A stretch of 64,000 nt of DNA from Lytechinus pictus (Eukaryota): positions 37,760,001 through 37,824,000 of the forward strand of contig NC_087245.1 of assembly GCF_037042905.1 (NCBI RefSeq), in the 5' to 3' direction. The notes beneath the pieces are model-generated. The model saw only the letters and a list, made by a program, of their open reading frames with translations. It was not told the origin of the DNA and ran no database searches. A program made the position numbers and the translations under genes. Below are positions 1-12,954 of the stretch, piece by piece; position 1 is the stretch's first letter; each line of letters opens with the position of its first letter.

Positions 1-1387
1 TTCAAGAATTGCCATTCGTTAATACACAATTATTTCTTGACATGAAAATGGATTCAATCATAAAATGGCTTTCCATACACTATCTTGCATCGTTGGCTTA
101 ATCATTTGTAAAGCTTTTCGTAAGTTAAGAGCGACTTTAAGAACGACTGGTGATTCTTATGGTAAATGATTTTCACCATTAAATGTTCATTGGTGATTAT
201 TTAGCACGTAAGAAAGGTTCACCAGTCGTTATTAAAGTCACTCTTAACTTATGAAAAGCTTTATGAAAAGCTTTATGAATGATTAAGCCAACGATGTGGG
301 AGGGCGTTATATGATTGAATCCATTTTCATGATGTCAAGAAATAATTGGGTATTAACGAATGGCAGTTCTTGAAATCAAGATGTAGAATTGAATGATACA
401 AAGGTTTGCAATATATGCATGGCTAAATCATCCAGGTTTTAATTGATATTCATAAATTTTGATCATGTGACACAAGTATAATTTTACTTCATTCAACTGG
501 AAAAATGAAATTATCATGTTTATAAGTATGATAACTTTTGTCATGATTGACCAAATGACAGTAGTAAGATTTATTTCATAATCTACATGTAGTGTAGACA
601 ACTAGGTGAATTTCTTCCTTCTTTTTCATCCGTATTGGTTTTTTTGTTTGCTATCATCACTTAATTATTGAGTACTTAATTTGTTTTAAAGCCTCTGGGA
701 TCAGATTTGTAGGAAAAAAACTTACATGCATAAAAAATTGCTCATTTACAACATCTGAATTATGAATTGATTTTGGATCTTTAAAATGTCGTTTATTTGT
801 TCCTTTAAAAAAGAAAATGCATGCAAGTCTTCTTTTCTTAACGCTGAATTTCCATCTGGATAAGCTAATTTTATTCCAGCATTTGTATACAAAATCTTCA
901 TAAGGATTTTTTTTGTTTTGTTTTGGTAACATTATTGTTCTGCATGCTGTTTTACTTTTTTATTGTTATTGATCACAGTCAAATGACTAAAAAAATTGAA
1001 TAAATTTGTTACAATATGTAATTTTTCAGAAAAAAATCAATTTTAGTAACTGACATGTATTTTATTCTATTTTACTTTGAAATTCTTGCCTGTGTATGTT
1101 AATACATGATTGCGAATCTAAGATCATTTTACTATTATTATATTCACTCTTTTTTCTCTTTAAGAGCTAGTGATGTCTAGTGATTCCATTTGAAGTTTAT
1201 TAAAGTTTATTAATCATACAATGAGTGGGTAGTATTTATGCTTCTCTTATCATTCCTCTTATATCGCAAAATATAATGAAATGCTTAGAATAATTAACAA
1301 TGATAGCATTTATAGGGTGTTGCAAGGCTTATGCATGGACTAACTAATGAATTATATCACAATAGTATCCATGGTAAAATACTAATA

Positions 1388-1524
1388 CCTCGGTCACATT
1401 TACTCTATGGCGGCCGTACGGCGAGTCGAAAACAGCCGTTTTAACATTTTTTGTACCAGCTATACATGGGTGGTTTGAATAAAACTGCTGTTTTCGACTC
1501 GCCATAGATCAAATGTGACCGAGG
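1388..1524. mobile_element. Small palindromic MITE (related inverted copy near 60605-60720)
   Basis: TIRs CCTCGGTCACATTT / AAATGTGACCGAGG plus an inner GGCGAGTCGAAAACAGC inverted pair. Confidence 0.75.
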
Positions 1525-3179
1525 AATAAACCAAAAATTCAAAACATTTTTTACCTGGTTTATATCATTTTTTGCCCATTATGAACCAAGCTAAACAAGG
1601 GTAAATGCTGTAATGACATGACATCTGTGTCAATGTGGGTCAAAAGTCATTGAAGGTAAATTGTTCCGACCAGCCTGCAAGAATGGTTACCAAGGGGGCA
1701 AGTCATTGTTGTTATCACCTATAATGTAGAATATATACACCCTTCCCTTCCATCGCCTGATTCTGAGCTCATTAAAACTTATTTTTGAAATAAATATAAC
1801 TTATGATTTTATGTATAATGGGTATATACTATATGATAAAAGATATATGACTAAACGTTTTATGTACATGTATAATGGGTATATCGAATAAGAGAGATGA
1901 TTATCGTATCTATTATTTTGTTGGTAGTCTTTTGGATAGCAAAATGAAATTCTTCCGTCTGGATTATTTACTGTAATAGGTTACATCTAACTTTACTCCT
2001 TACTGTTATTAGGAGAGCTAAGCATTCTTTATCCAAGTCCATAGAGTTATTGCAGTTTACAAGATGAACATATTGTTCCATTTAAGGAGCTTTTATTGTT
2101 TATATTGTCAGAATGTAGAGAGAAAGGACAGTATTGGGATTGTAGTTTCTTGATTTTATTCGATTTATATTTTATTGTGATTTTAACAATCCTCTCTACA
2201 TTCCATCCATATTTGGTTTTTATGTCAAGCTTGATAGCTACCCATTGCTTTTCTCTGTGCTTTAGGGAGCTCGTTAATGCTGATTGTTCAGTTCTTGAAA
2301 TTTAAACTCTTCATAGTCTTTACGAATTCTTCAAAATGATAGTTCCCTGTCAATGCAATTGTATACATTATGTACCAATAAAGACTATTGGGATACAAGA
2401 ATCGTGATTTGAATTATTGATTTATTTGGCATGATTTGTACACGTTTATATGTTTGGAAGACTGGTAATGAATGAATTAGGGAGGTGGATAGATGGCTGT
2501 GAGAGAGAAGGGGGGGGGGGAGGAAGGGAGAGGAAGAAAGAGAGAGAGTGGAGTGGGGGGGGGGGGGATAAAGAAAGGGGCAAAAGGAGGAAAAGAAAGA
2601 TTAGTGAACAATGGGGGGGGGGGGTTCTTTCTACACAGGGATGTTACTCTATAGACTAATGAGTGATTATGTTTATATACAGGTAGGCCTATATGTGTTA
2701 TATGTGAAAATCCAAATAGGAAGCAAAGTCTTGTAATTTCGTCAATGGGTATTTTCAAATCGACTGGAGGTTAATTTCCGCATAAAAATTAGGTTCTAGA
2801 AAGAAACTGGCTAATCGGGGGGCCCACAGAGGGGGGGGGGGCTGACCATAAAAAAACAACTAGATCTATGAACATCTTACATTTAAGCGTGTATATATGT
2901 TTACTAAAAAAGTGTGGATGGACGGGGGGCTGAAGCTTCCTATTAAGCCGGCCTCAACTGCATGCCCCTCGGTTCTGTAGCCTCTGCTAATTTATGGCAC
3001 TTCTTGACACTAAAAGAGCTATATCAAGGGCTGTGGCACAAAAATAAAATACAATTATCATATAATGTGATTTTATTCATGGTAAGCCCCCCCCCCCCCC
3101 CCCCCACTTTCAAAACCATTCAAAAGCCCCCTTTTCTAGACCTCCGCTTTGAATTAAACAGCGCCAGCTTTCTCTATTA

Positions 3180-3299
3180 TGAGCTTTGAGCTGAGCTTGC
3201 TAGCTCGTATTCGTTCGTAAACAAACTAGAGTGGACGCCGGAGTGGAGGACAGATGCAAACAGACACGTCTCGAATTCGAAAAAGGAGCTGATAATTGG
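3180..3299 (+). promoter_or_regulatory. CpG-richer region with candidate non-coding first exon
   Basis: Local CpG enrichment (about 3200-3560 and 4480-4740) and donor TGG|GTAAGT at 3299/3300. Confidence 0.3.
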
Positions 3300-6028
3300 G
3301 TAAGTGCTCCATTCTCGATATTTTATGATTTACTGTATCAGAGTTCAAGTCGACATTCATGATTGCGACTTAATTCGACTGCCGAATAAACGTGGCGACT
3401 TAAGTTGGTCTTATAAAACCTACATCATTTTTTGTGAGCTGTGCCTGGGGCACTTGTGTTGTAAATTGGGGTTACAGGCGCGTGCGATTTCTATGCACGC
3501 ACAATGTATTCGACTGATCACGTTTCCGTGATAGCGTGGATTTGAAAGGGTCCCCGTGTTTGTTATTTGTCTTGTCTTGTCTTCTCTTTCCTTTAATGCC
3601 CATGATCATTATATTGATTAGTATGGCAATTGTATGTACGTCCAGAAATAATGACTTGATCTTGATATAGATCTAGAGATTTTGCGTTTCAAAAATTTGT
3701 CTTTTCCGTTTCTGAAAATCTGTAATTCTGTTTCACTTTCAGCTTGATCTAAAAATGGAAATTCTGTTTTGTCACTGAAAATGTACACAACAAAAACCTG
3801 AATTCCATTTTGCAAAGGTGAATTCCATGAATATTTCAGGGCGCGACAAAACCGCTTGCCCGGGGCAAGTGAAAATGACGTGCGGGCAAAGTTAATTGCC
3901 CGATCGGGCAAGTGGTTGTTTTGGAAATAAAATATCAGTACTACAGTAGACCCTCTAAATTTCAATATCATTTGGAATTGGATAATCACAACTATCTCTC
4001 AGATTATGTCAAACCAGTAAAAAAAACAGTGGAAACTGATATAAAAACAGCGCCAATTACCAATAATTTATCGCCAGGTACCTCGTTCGAAAAACCGTGG
4101 CATTGCATCTTACGTTCTATGTGTGCAATGACTGCACTAGACCAAAAGCTTCAGTCTCTGTATTTTGGTTGTTCCGCTGAACTACGTTGGCTCCACTCAC
4201 CATACATAGACTGAAGGGGATGGGGCCCCGTACCTACAGCCAACGTATAGTGAACTAGCGTTTTATAGATCGCGATTTAAAACTGTTTTTTAAGCAAAAT
4301 TGAAAGTTTCATGGTTTCCATTATCAGGGAAGTATAAATAAATTAAGTAATTGCATACCTTGGGCCGGAGTTATTGAAAAAAATCCTCTGGATGATTGAG
4401 AAATCTGTCATCTAAGACATTTTCACCTGACCTGACGGTTTTTCTTGCAAGTTGCCATCTTGAATGACGTCATTATCGTATTAACTTAATGTCTCGAATC
4501 GATATATCGCGATTATAACTAGTACTAGTACTAGTATAACTAGTATCGTTTATCTTCGGTTTCGTTCGCATATGGAGCAGATCGTATAATATCGAAAGCA
4601 ATATCGATATCACATTCGTGATTGTTGACGTTCGTTTGTAAATATTTTATAGTTTGGCTGCCATTTTGACAATTTTTATCGTGTTCAACCCAATTAAACA
4701 TCGGTAAAGTATATTTTTCATGCCTTTTTCATCTATATCGTTTAAAGTATTTCAATGTTAAAATATCAAATTTTAAAAGTTTGTTGTTTATACATCCTTA
4801 GATTGTAAATTCGATGTGTAAAATTACATCAAACTTTGGACTGTGAATTGACAAAAGGGAGGGAATGAGAACACATGCGAGCCCACACGTACACCCTACC
4901 GTCGGTAAATGGGGATTACAGTAAAATGTCAGAAATTGTTGAATAAATCCCCAGAAACGACGGTTATTCCTGTCTATGACTGCACATGCACTACTTGAGC
5001 AATTTGCTAAAAAAAACACCAGAAGTGCCTAAAATTTCACATTTTGCAAAAATCCTTGAAATGGCCATCTATTTTCCATATTACCTTGAAAATGTTTTGA
5101 TAGTTGGAAACTACTGAAAAAATGAAGAATATTCAGCTCTTTCTTGACTCTCTTTCTTTACTCTGATTTATGATGATGTACTCGATAAATGCTTTTTATT
5201 ATTGTGGTCCCACATGTAGACTTTCATGTTGTTTGATTGATTGATTGATTTCATTTATTTTCCATTAAAAATATACAAAGTCAAGAATATACAAACAAAC
5301 ATTACAAAGTATAAAAATGAGACATTATACATATGACGTATCCTACACATACTTAAAAAAAATACACAACAGTTCATTATATGTATATATACATATATCA
5401 GGAAAATTGGATGCCCATGAAAGCAGTATGCTTGTTAAGTTGGGTCACCCTAAAAAATATATTAATCGGTAAATGATAGAATACAAAATACAGTTATTTT
5501 AAATGCTGAACGGATAAAACTTCTATCAATGATAAAGATATATTGCATTTATATGATACTTACAACTAATAACCCAACCCACCCCCCCCCCCACCATGCA
5601 TGTATAATTTATGTAAGTATGTAAAGAATAGTTATGTACATATCAATAATGGTCAAGGAGTTGCCTTTTTAACTGAACATGTTTGAATGAAGATAATAAA
5701 GAAGAGTTTCTAACATTCATTGGTAAAGAATGCCATATGTCTGGACCAGTGTGGCAAATAGACTTATGTGCTGTGGTTGTGATTGGATTTGCTAAATGAA
5801 AATTGAGTGAATTTCTTGTGTCATAGGAATGAATATCACGATTTAGTGTAAACATGGTATGAAAATGATTGGGTAGCATATTCTGTGTTAGTTTATACAT
5901 GAATATTCCGATTTGTAATTTATTAATATCGTGAATTTTTAAAAGACAGAGATTTTTTAATATAGGATTTGTGTGTGCTAGATAATGAGATTTTGTGCAT
6001 AGTCTAATAGCTTTCTTTTGGAGTAATA

Positions 6029-7891
6029 CAAGGCTCGACATTAGCGGTGGCCCGGGGCCACCAAAAATTCACCTCGGGCAACCATTATTGATAAAATGTT
6101 AAGTTTTGGTGACCCGAATCGGGCAACCAATAATTTTCAAAGTAGCGCAATTTTTCTCCCAATTTTGCACGCATTTATCAACTTTCTACAGCTCAAATTG
6201 CAAGCCAGTTCGTCATGCGCCTTTTTTGTTGATCTACACACAAATACACACACACACAGTTTGCATATTAGGCCTACAGCTATAGCATACAGTAGCTATT
6301 ATCCAGCCAGCCGCGCCGGCCGGCTGGCATGAGCTTTGCATGTAGCCACTGCATACAGTTGTGCTCTAGATCTAGCTCAGCCTATTCAGACTCAGGGAGC
6401 TGCGATAAAAAATGTTGCTGCTGAGAAATCTTCCACAGAACTTTGAAAATCTAAGTCAAAGTCACCTTTTACACCAATGAAATGAAATTCTACAGTCTAT
6501 ATTACGAAAATCTGGTGTACCCTGATTATTTGCAAGTATTAAGAAGAGGAATTATGACCTCTCTTTTGACTCAAAAAGACCGATTTCCACATGAATTAAT
6601 ACACATAAAAACACATAGGCAAGTACATCACAGTCCCACGTGCGCATTTGTTTGTATGTTGATACTTGGTTTCTTTCGAAGCTGTGTATTTTCTAGCCTT
6701 AAACAAACAGACAGTTTCTTTCTTTCTTGTTTATAAATGACTTCTTAAACCACTCTTGAGAAAGTAAATACTTTGGGAAGGCATTTCATTGATATGAAAT
6801 GTGATTTTTTTTTCCAACATTTTGGCAAATATAGAGAAGGACTTTTCTCACACTTCCAATATAGTTTTTGCCGTTTTCTTTTTTTTTCTTTCATTTTTTT
6901 TTGACAGTGGTTAAACCATTTATACCCCTTCCCATTGAATATGCCTGATTAAAAAATATGTTTCTACTGAAAATAAAATAATACAAACTAAAGGATATAA
7001 AAATAGAAATGTGCCATTCCCAAAAGGTAAGTGAAAATTATATGCTTGGCTTTTAATTATATTCCAGTCAGAATAGACTGTTGCCACAGCTGTTAAAAAT
7101 ATATGTAATGGCTTCTTATTTTTCCCCTTTTCCCCATTTTTATATTAACTTTGTTTTATTAATTTTTCTTTAATTTTCTTTTCTTTTTTCTCTCTAATTT
7201 TTTTCTTTTCTTTTTTTTCTTTTTTTCCCTGTTCTTTGTTTTTTTCTTTCTTCATTTTCTTTCTTTTGTTTTATTTCATTAATTCCTTTTATTATTTTTG
7301 TTTTCTTTTTGTTATATACTTTTTGAAAATTATTTTCGTTTGTTTCTCCCTTTTATGCATTGTTCTAATTTTGCAGCATATTTTTCTGTGATTTTCTCCT
7401 TCTATATGCTGCAAAAGAGAAAACAGAAATAAACTGGATTTGGGGCATGCATAATCTAGGTTTTAGGATTCAAAGAGGAAGGAAGGAAAAACCATTGTTT
7501 TTTACATCTATCTGAGTTTGCTATGCACTATTTATTTACTTTACCATTATCTCTATACAGAGATTTAAAAAAAAGTCCACACAACCTGCGAACAATACAA
7601 TTCATTTATTCACTTTCAATCATTTCATTTTTACAACGATAGAAACAATTATCAATTAGCAAAGTAAAATAACAGCAAACAAGGTTTACATACAAGATGT
7701 ATAAAGTGAAAGGAACTTAGTGGTAGTGGCTGCAGAATTAATATTTCAGAAGTTTGTTTTATTCATTTTTAATGTTTTTCTTTATATTTTTCGGGCCACC
7801 AAACTTTAATATCGGGCCACCAAAAAAAATTATTTGATGGTTTTGGTGGCCCGAACGGGCCACCACCAAAAAAAGTTAATGTGGAGCCTTG
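6029..7891. mobile_element. Non-autonomous TIR transposon (P/hAT-like CAAGG ends) inside the LINE
   Basis: TIRs CAAGGCTCGACATTA / TAATGTGGAGCCTTG (14 of 15 match); 7-bp TSD AGTAATA (6022-6028, 7892-7898); subterminal GGGC(C/A)ACC repeats at both ends. Confidence 0.9.
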
Positions 7892-9952
7892 AGTAATAAT
7901 ATAGAATCTAGGTGTGTTTTGTTCCCAGTTCCCCAAACGATATTGCCATATGACAAATATGATAAAATAAATGATTTATATAAAAGTAGTAAAACATTTT
8001 GTGGGAGCAAGTCTCTTATTTTAAAAAGAATTCCAACAATGCGAGATGCAAGAATCGATATATTATTAACATGGTTATTCCAATTCAAAGTTTCATCGAA
8101 GGTAATGCCCAAAAACTTGACATGGTCTTTCCTTTCTATGACTGTATTATTAATGTTGATATTAGGGCAAGAAGTGATCTTCTTATTTTTGGAGTGAAAT
8201 ACAATGAAATTTGTTTTGTTGATGTTAAGAAAAAGTTTATTTAATTGAAACCAGTTAACAAGTTTTGGGAGTTCGTGGTTGAACGTGTCTATTGTACGAT
8301 TTAGATCAGAATGAGAAAATAAAAGTGTTATCTGCAAATAAGAAGTGGGATAATTTTTTTGAATTGTTCACAATATCATTAATATATATCAAAAATAAAA
8401 GTGGTCCCAATATTGATCCCTGTGGAACACCTGTCTTTTGCTTTACGATGTTTGATGATAGATGATGATAAGTTGTAAATTGTTGTCTGTTAGTCAGATA
8501 ATCATTGAACCAGGATAGTGGTGTTCCCCGTACTCCGTAATGTTGGAGTTTACTTATCATAATCGAGTGGTTGAGGGTGTCGAATGCTTTACTAAGATCG
8601 ATGAATAAAGCAACTGCAAACTGTTTGCGAGAAATAGCATTAGAAATTCTGTCATATAAGTCAACAATTGCTAATTCCGTAGAGTGGTGTTTACGGAATC
8701 CATACTGGCAAGGTGTTATGATTTAACTAATCTTACATTTTTCGAGAAAATAAAACAATTGATTGTAAATAATTCTTTCCAGTATTTTAGATATACATGG
8801 TAATATCGATATCGGACGGTAGTTCGTACATTCATTTGTGTTTCCTTTTTTTAATATTGGTATAACACGTGCAAGTTTGAAAGCTTGAGAATATTTGCCG
8901 GTGCGTATTGATAAATTAAAAATATGACACAAAGGATCAACAATGTAATGAATAATCTTCTTTAAAAGAAAAGTATTTAATTCGTCGTGACCTATCGCTT
9001 TGCTATTCTTCATCTTTTTAACAATTGATACTACTTCATGTGGGCTAACTGGTTTGAGAAAAAGAGATTCTTGATTCTTATTACTAAGAGTATCTAAATA
9101 AAAATATGAATTATTATTATGGATTGGTGCTACATCCTGAGATAATTTGACACCTATATTCACAAAATCCGTATTCAAATTTGTGATGATTTCTTTTGGG
9201 TCATTAATAATCTTACCATTATCCTCCAGCTTATCCGGAAATACTGAAAGTTGTCTTTTGCCCATGACGTCATTTATTACTTTTCAAGTTTCTTTACTAT
9301 TTCCTATAGCATATTGGAATTTATCAGTATAATGTTTTTTTCGTGATGCTCGAATGACATTGTTTAATGTATTACGATTTTTTTTTAACTTGTTCAAAAT
9401 ATGTATATCGTTTGGTCTCTTTATATGATTTTTATATAATTTGTTCTTTTTATGGATTGATTTGAGAATAGATCTTGTAATCCAAGGTTTACGGATTATT
9501 TCTTGTCTCTTTTGCTGTTTTATCAGAGGTATATTTTTATCAAAATGTTTTTTAAAAGTATCAAAGAACAATTTATATGCAAAATCAACATTTGAATCAT
9601 GTTCGAACACGTGATTCCACGATTCAGCATTCTTCTGCTAAATCGTGAGTGAGATTAATTATATTTTGGTCTGTCATTTTCCTAAACGATATTTTATCAT
9701 CAGGTTGCTTACTCTGATTATAACTTTTAATATTGTTCTTTAAGATACAGAATATGGGTAGATGATCCGAAATGTACGCATATAATATTCCACTTTGAAT
9801 ATCCTCACCATTAGTAAATATGTTATCGATTAGTGTAGCACAAATGGGAGTTATTCGGGTTGGTAGATTGATTGTGGGAATTAGACCATGAGCCGACATA
9901 GATAAAAGTAACCTTCTGTATGGAGCACTCTCGTTAAGCAAATTAACATTAA

Positions 9953-10536
9953 AGGAGAATGAAACTCTTGGAGCAAGTTAGCTTTTGTGAAAGCAGAAAA
10001 ATCAAAGAATAAGATCAACAAAAGTTTGAGTAAAATATGACTAGCAATAGAAGAGTTATGAGCATTTGAATGTCGAGATCACTAATGCTATGGAGATCCT
10101 CCCATTGGCAATGCGACCAAGATCTATTATGTCATAGATGAACAACTCTCCCCTTTTGGACACTGAAAATATACCCCAAAACATCTCTTTTTGCAAATTC
10201 TAATCATATGACAAACGATTCATCAATGATATAATGTTGTGAAACCTCTGTACTTGTCCTCTCATAAAGAGAACACCTCACCTTGGGATAGACTCTATAA
10301 AAGTGAGAATAATTGTGAAATAAGTACTAAAGTAATGAGGGAGTTGTACGTGTGTGACATCACAGATCTTGGTCGCATTGCCAATGAGAGGATCTACAAG
10401 GCATTAGTGATCTCAATATTCAAATGCTCAAAACTTTCTTATTATTCATTCAATCTTCCTCAAACTTTTAACAATATGTTTCTTTGATTTTTCTCTTTGA
10501 TATAGATTCAGCTGGTTTCAAGGGTTTCATTCTCCT
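9953..10536. mobile_element. Kolobok-type MITE (584 bp) inside the LINE endonuclease
   Basis: TTAA on both sides; TIR AGGAGAATGAAAC; imperfect inverted arms about 180 bp. Confidence 0.88.
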
Positions 10537-11683
10537 TTAAAATCGCCCATCAAATAAATAGCTATGCCGCCTTTAGAAACAAGGCTTAGACAAGATTCCA
10601 TATATTGAATGTAAGCATCCAGAGACTCGTTAGGGGGTCGGTATGATAAACCAATAATAATATTTTTGTTTGAAGCATTTTCAATTTCTAAAAAAATTGT
10701 CTGGAATATTGGAGAGAAAGGTATGTCAACTTTTTTAATAGGTTATTTGTTTTGTAATGTAAAGGGCTACGCCCCCTCCTTTCCCGCGTGCACGATCGCA
10801 TCTTAAAAATCATACCCATCTAAATTAAAGATTGGGGGAGACTTGATATGAAGCCACGATTTGGTGATTCCTATGACAGAAAATGGATTTTGGAGGGAGT
10901 GTGTGAGATTCAATAGTTTATCGTGATTACGTGATAAGCTTCGGATATTCATATGTAAAAGGGTTAATTCATTATGGCGGAAGTTTATGTTGCTATTATA
11001 TTCATTTGGCAAGTAATATTGGCAATCTCCTACTGGATGAGACTCCAGAATATAATTTTCAAGTTCTGTATCAAGACTGTTCATAGAGAAGGGTTGACCA
11101 AGTGTAAAACGATCAAATGATACGATCAAACGATACGATCAACGATCAATGCTGCAACACCATGAAAAAACCCCATGAAGGTCTACATGTGGGATTGCAA
11201 TAAAAAAAATATTGACCGAGTGTAACATCATAAAATGATGAAGAAAAGACAAGAGAGAGGTGAATATTCTTAATTTTCTTGATAGTTTCCAACTAATTAA
11301 AAAAAAAATCCAGGAAATATGGAAAATAAATCAAATGACCATTTCATGGATTTAAAGATGCAAAATGTGAAATTTTAGCCACTCCACTTTTATCAATAAA
11401 GAGCTGAATATTTTTCACTGGCTTTTGTTTATAGTTTCCAACTAAATCAAAACAATTCTAAGGAAATATGGCAAACAGATAACCATTTCATGGATTTAAA
11501 GATGCAAAATATGAAATATTAGCAACTTTTGGTGAAGGTTTTTTTAACCTTAAATTAAGCCCCATTTATAAATAGCGAAAAAAATCAAAATAAACGTAAT
11601 GACTCAGGCCTATGTTGCTGAAAATACACTTTTAAATGTGTGTTCTTTTATACTGTACATGATTCTCAATCATTGTTATTTTG

Positions 11684-11930
11684 TATGGTGATCGTGCATT
11701 TTCTGTAATTGCTCCCACCCTCTGGAATAAACTCCCAATTCATATCCAAAATGCTCCCTCCGTAGAAATTTTCAAATCGTCACTTAAAGCTCACCTTTTC
11801 TCATAACTTTTTTTTTTTTTTTTTTTTTTTTTGACCGATTGACTGTATATTATTATAATCTGCCAACCTGTGGCTTTGAAACACCAGTATAAAGCGCCCT
11901 ACAAATGTTATTATTATTATTATTATTATT
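11684..11930 (+). mobile_element. 3' fragment of an L2-type LINE
   Basis: Translates YGDRAFSVIAPTLWNKLP...FKSSLKAHLFS*, followed by a short UTR and a (TTA)n tail. Confidence 0.85.
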
Positions 11931-12244
11931 GTATGACCTTTAAAAATAAGAGTAGTGCCGTCAATAAAATAAAAAAAACAAATAGGGCAAGCAGTTTTTT
12001 CTATCGGGCAAGCAAATTTTTTCATTATTTATTTCTGTTATCAAAATAAATCTTCTGTCACGGCATTCACTCAGGTCTCCATCATAGGCCTACAAGCATA
12101 ACAAGGGAATCACACAAACACATACACATTTTCTCTTCCACAAAATACTTCCTCTCTCCCATCTTTCCTTCCTCATCTCCTTCACCCATAACATTTCTGC
12201 CCATCTCCCTTTCTTCCCTTCCAAACTGATATCAACCCCCCCCC

Positions 12245-12275
<31 letters not shown>

Positions 12276-12954
12276 AATTATGTCTCCCTTGAAGCAAAGC
12301 TGACATTTGTTTTATTCATCATGAGTTCCCCCGTGATTTTAGTTGGGCTCTATCTCCATCTCCTCAATTTTATAGCTTGATATTTACATCCAGAGAATTA
12401 AACATGGTAATTTGCTGACTTCAGAACTACAAAAAATCAAACAAATTTAGGCTGTTTTGACTGTAAAAGGATTTCTTATTCAACTTGATGATATACATTT
12501 AGGCCTATTGGGTAGACTTTGCTTTGAGTATTTACATGAAATGTTGGCTCAAGTGGAGCTATCAGATATTATCCTGCTTGAAAGTAGAAGCATCTGAAAC
12601 TGAAACTGTTAAAATATATGGTCTTCTATAACAATGATGTAATTTGAATAATGGGAATCCCGTCAAAACCATGGTATAGTTGTCATATGCTTTATTGATT
12701 TCCCTCCTTATTGTGACGATGTAATAAATCAAGGAAAGGGAAATCAAACAGTGACAATCATAACTGTACTTGCTCCTAACTTTAGAGAACAAATATTTGT
12801 TTAAAGTAGCCTTTACACTTGGCAAAAAGAGTGCTTGTCAAGTAAAATTATGTATATGTTCTACTAATGGAAACATAAAAATTTAATTTGAAATTATTCT
12901 AGAAATGCACAAAATAATTTTTTTGTTGTTTTATGAATAAAATGGGGGGGGGGG

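Larger units (their letters stand above)
5233..11150 (-). mobile_element. Decayed 5'-truncated non-LTR retrotransposon, CR1/L2 group (APE endonuclease plus RT ORF2)
   Basis: Minus-strand fragments: LHMNIRSL, GDFN, PTRIT..TLIDNIF, ISDHLPIF (APE); NYRPISILP, GVPQGSILGPLLFLIYIND, FADNT, FLGI (RT); LQKKAIR, HSYDTR (C-terminus). The 3' end has AATAAA and an (AATC)n tail near 5233-5260. Multiple stops and frameshifts. Confidence 0.95.

Noticed and set aside
2450..2758. Gly/Arg/Glu-rich and Pro-rich ORFs (also 14336-14626)
   Set aside because: Low-complexity purine and poly-G tracts.
3618..4214. 123-aa and 100-aa ORFs
   Set aside because: No recognisable motifs; they overlap a hAT-like left end (CAGGGCGCGACA with CGGGCAAG repeats near 3837).
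5643..11129. Active or domesticated reverse transcriptase
   Set aside because: Broken by stops, frameshifts and two insertions; the catalytic FADD reads FADN; no ORF1.
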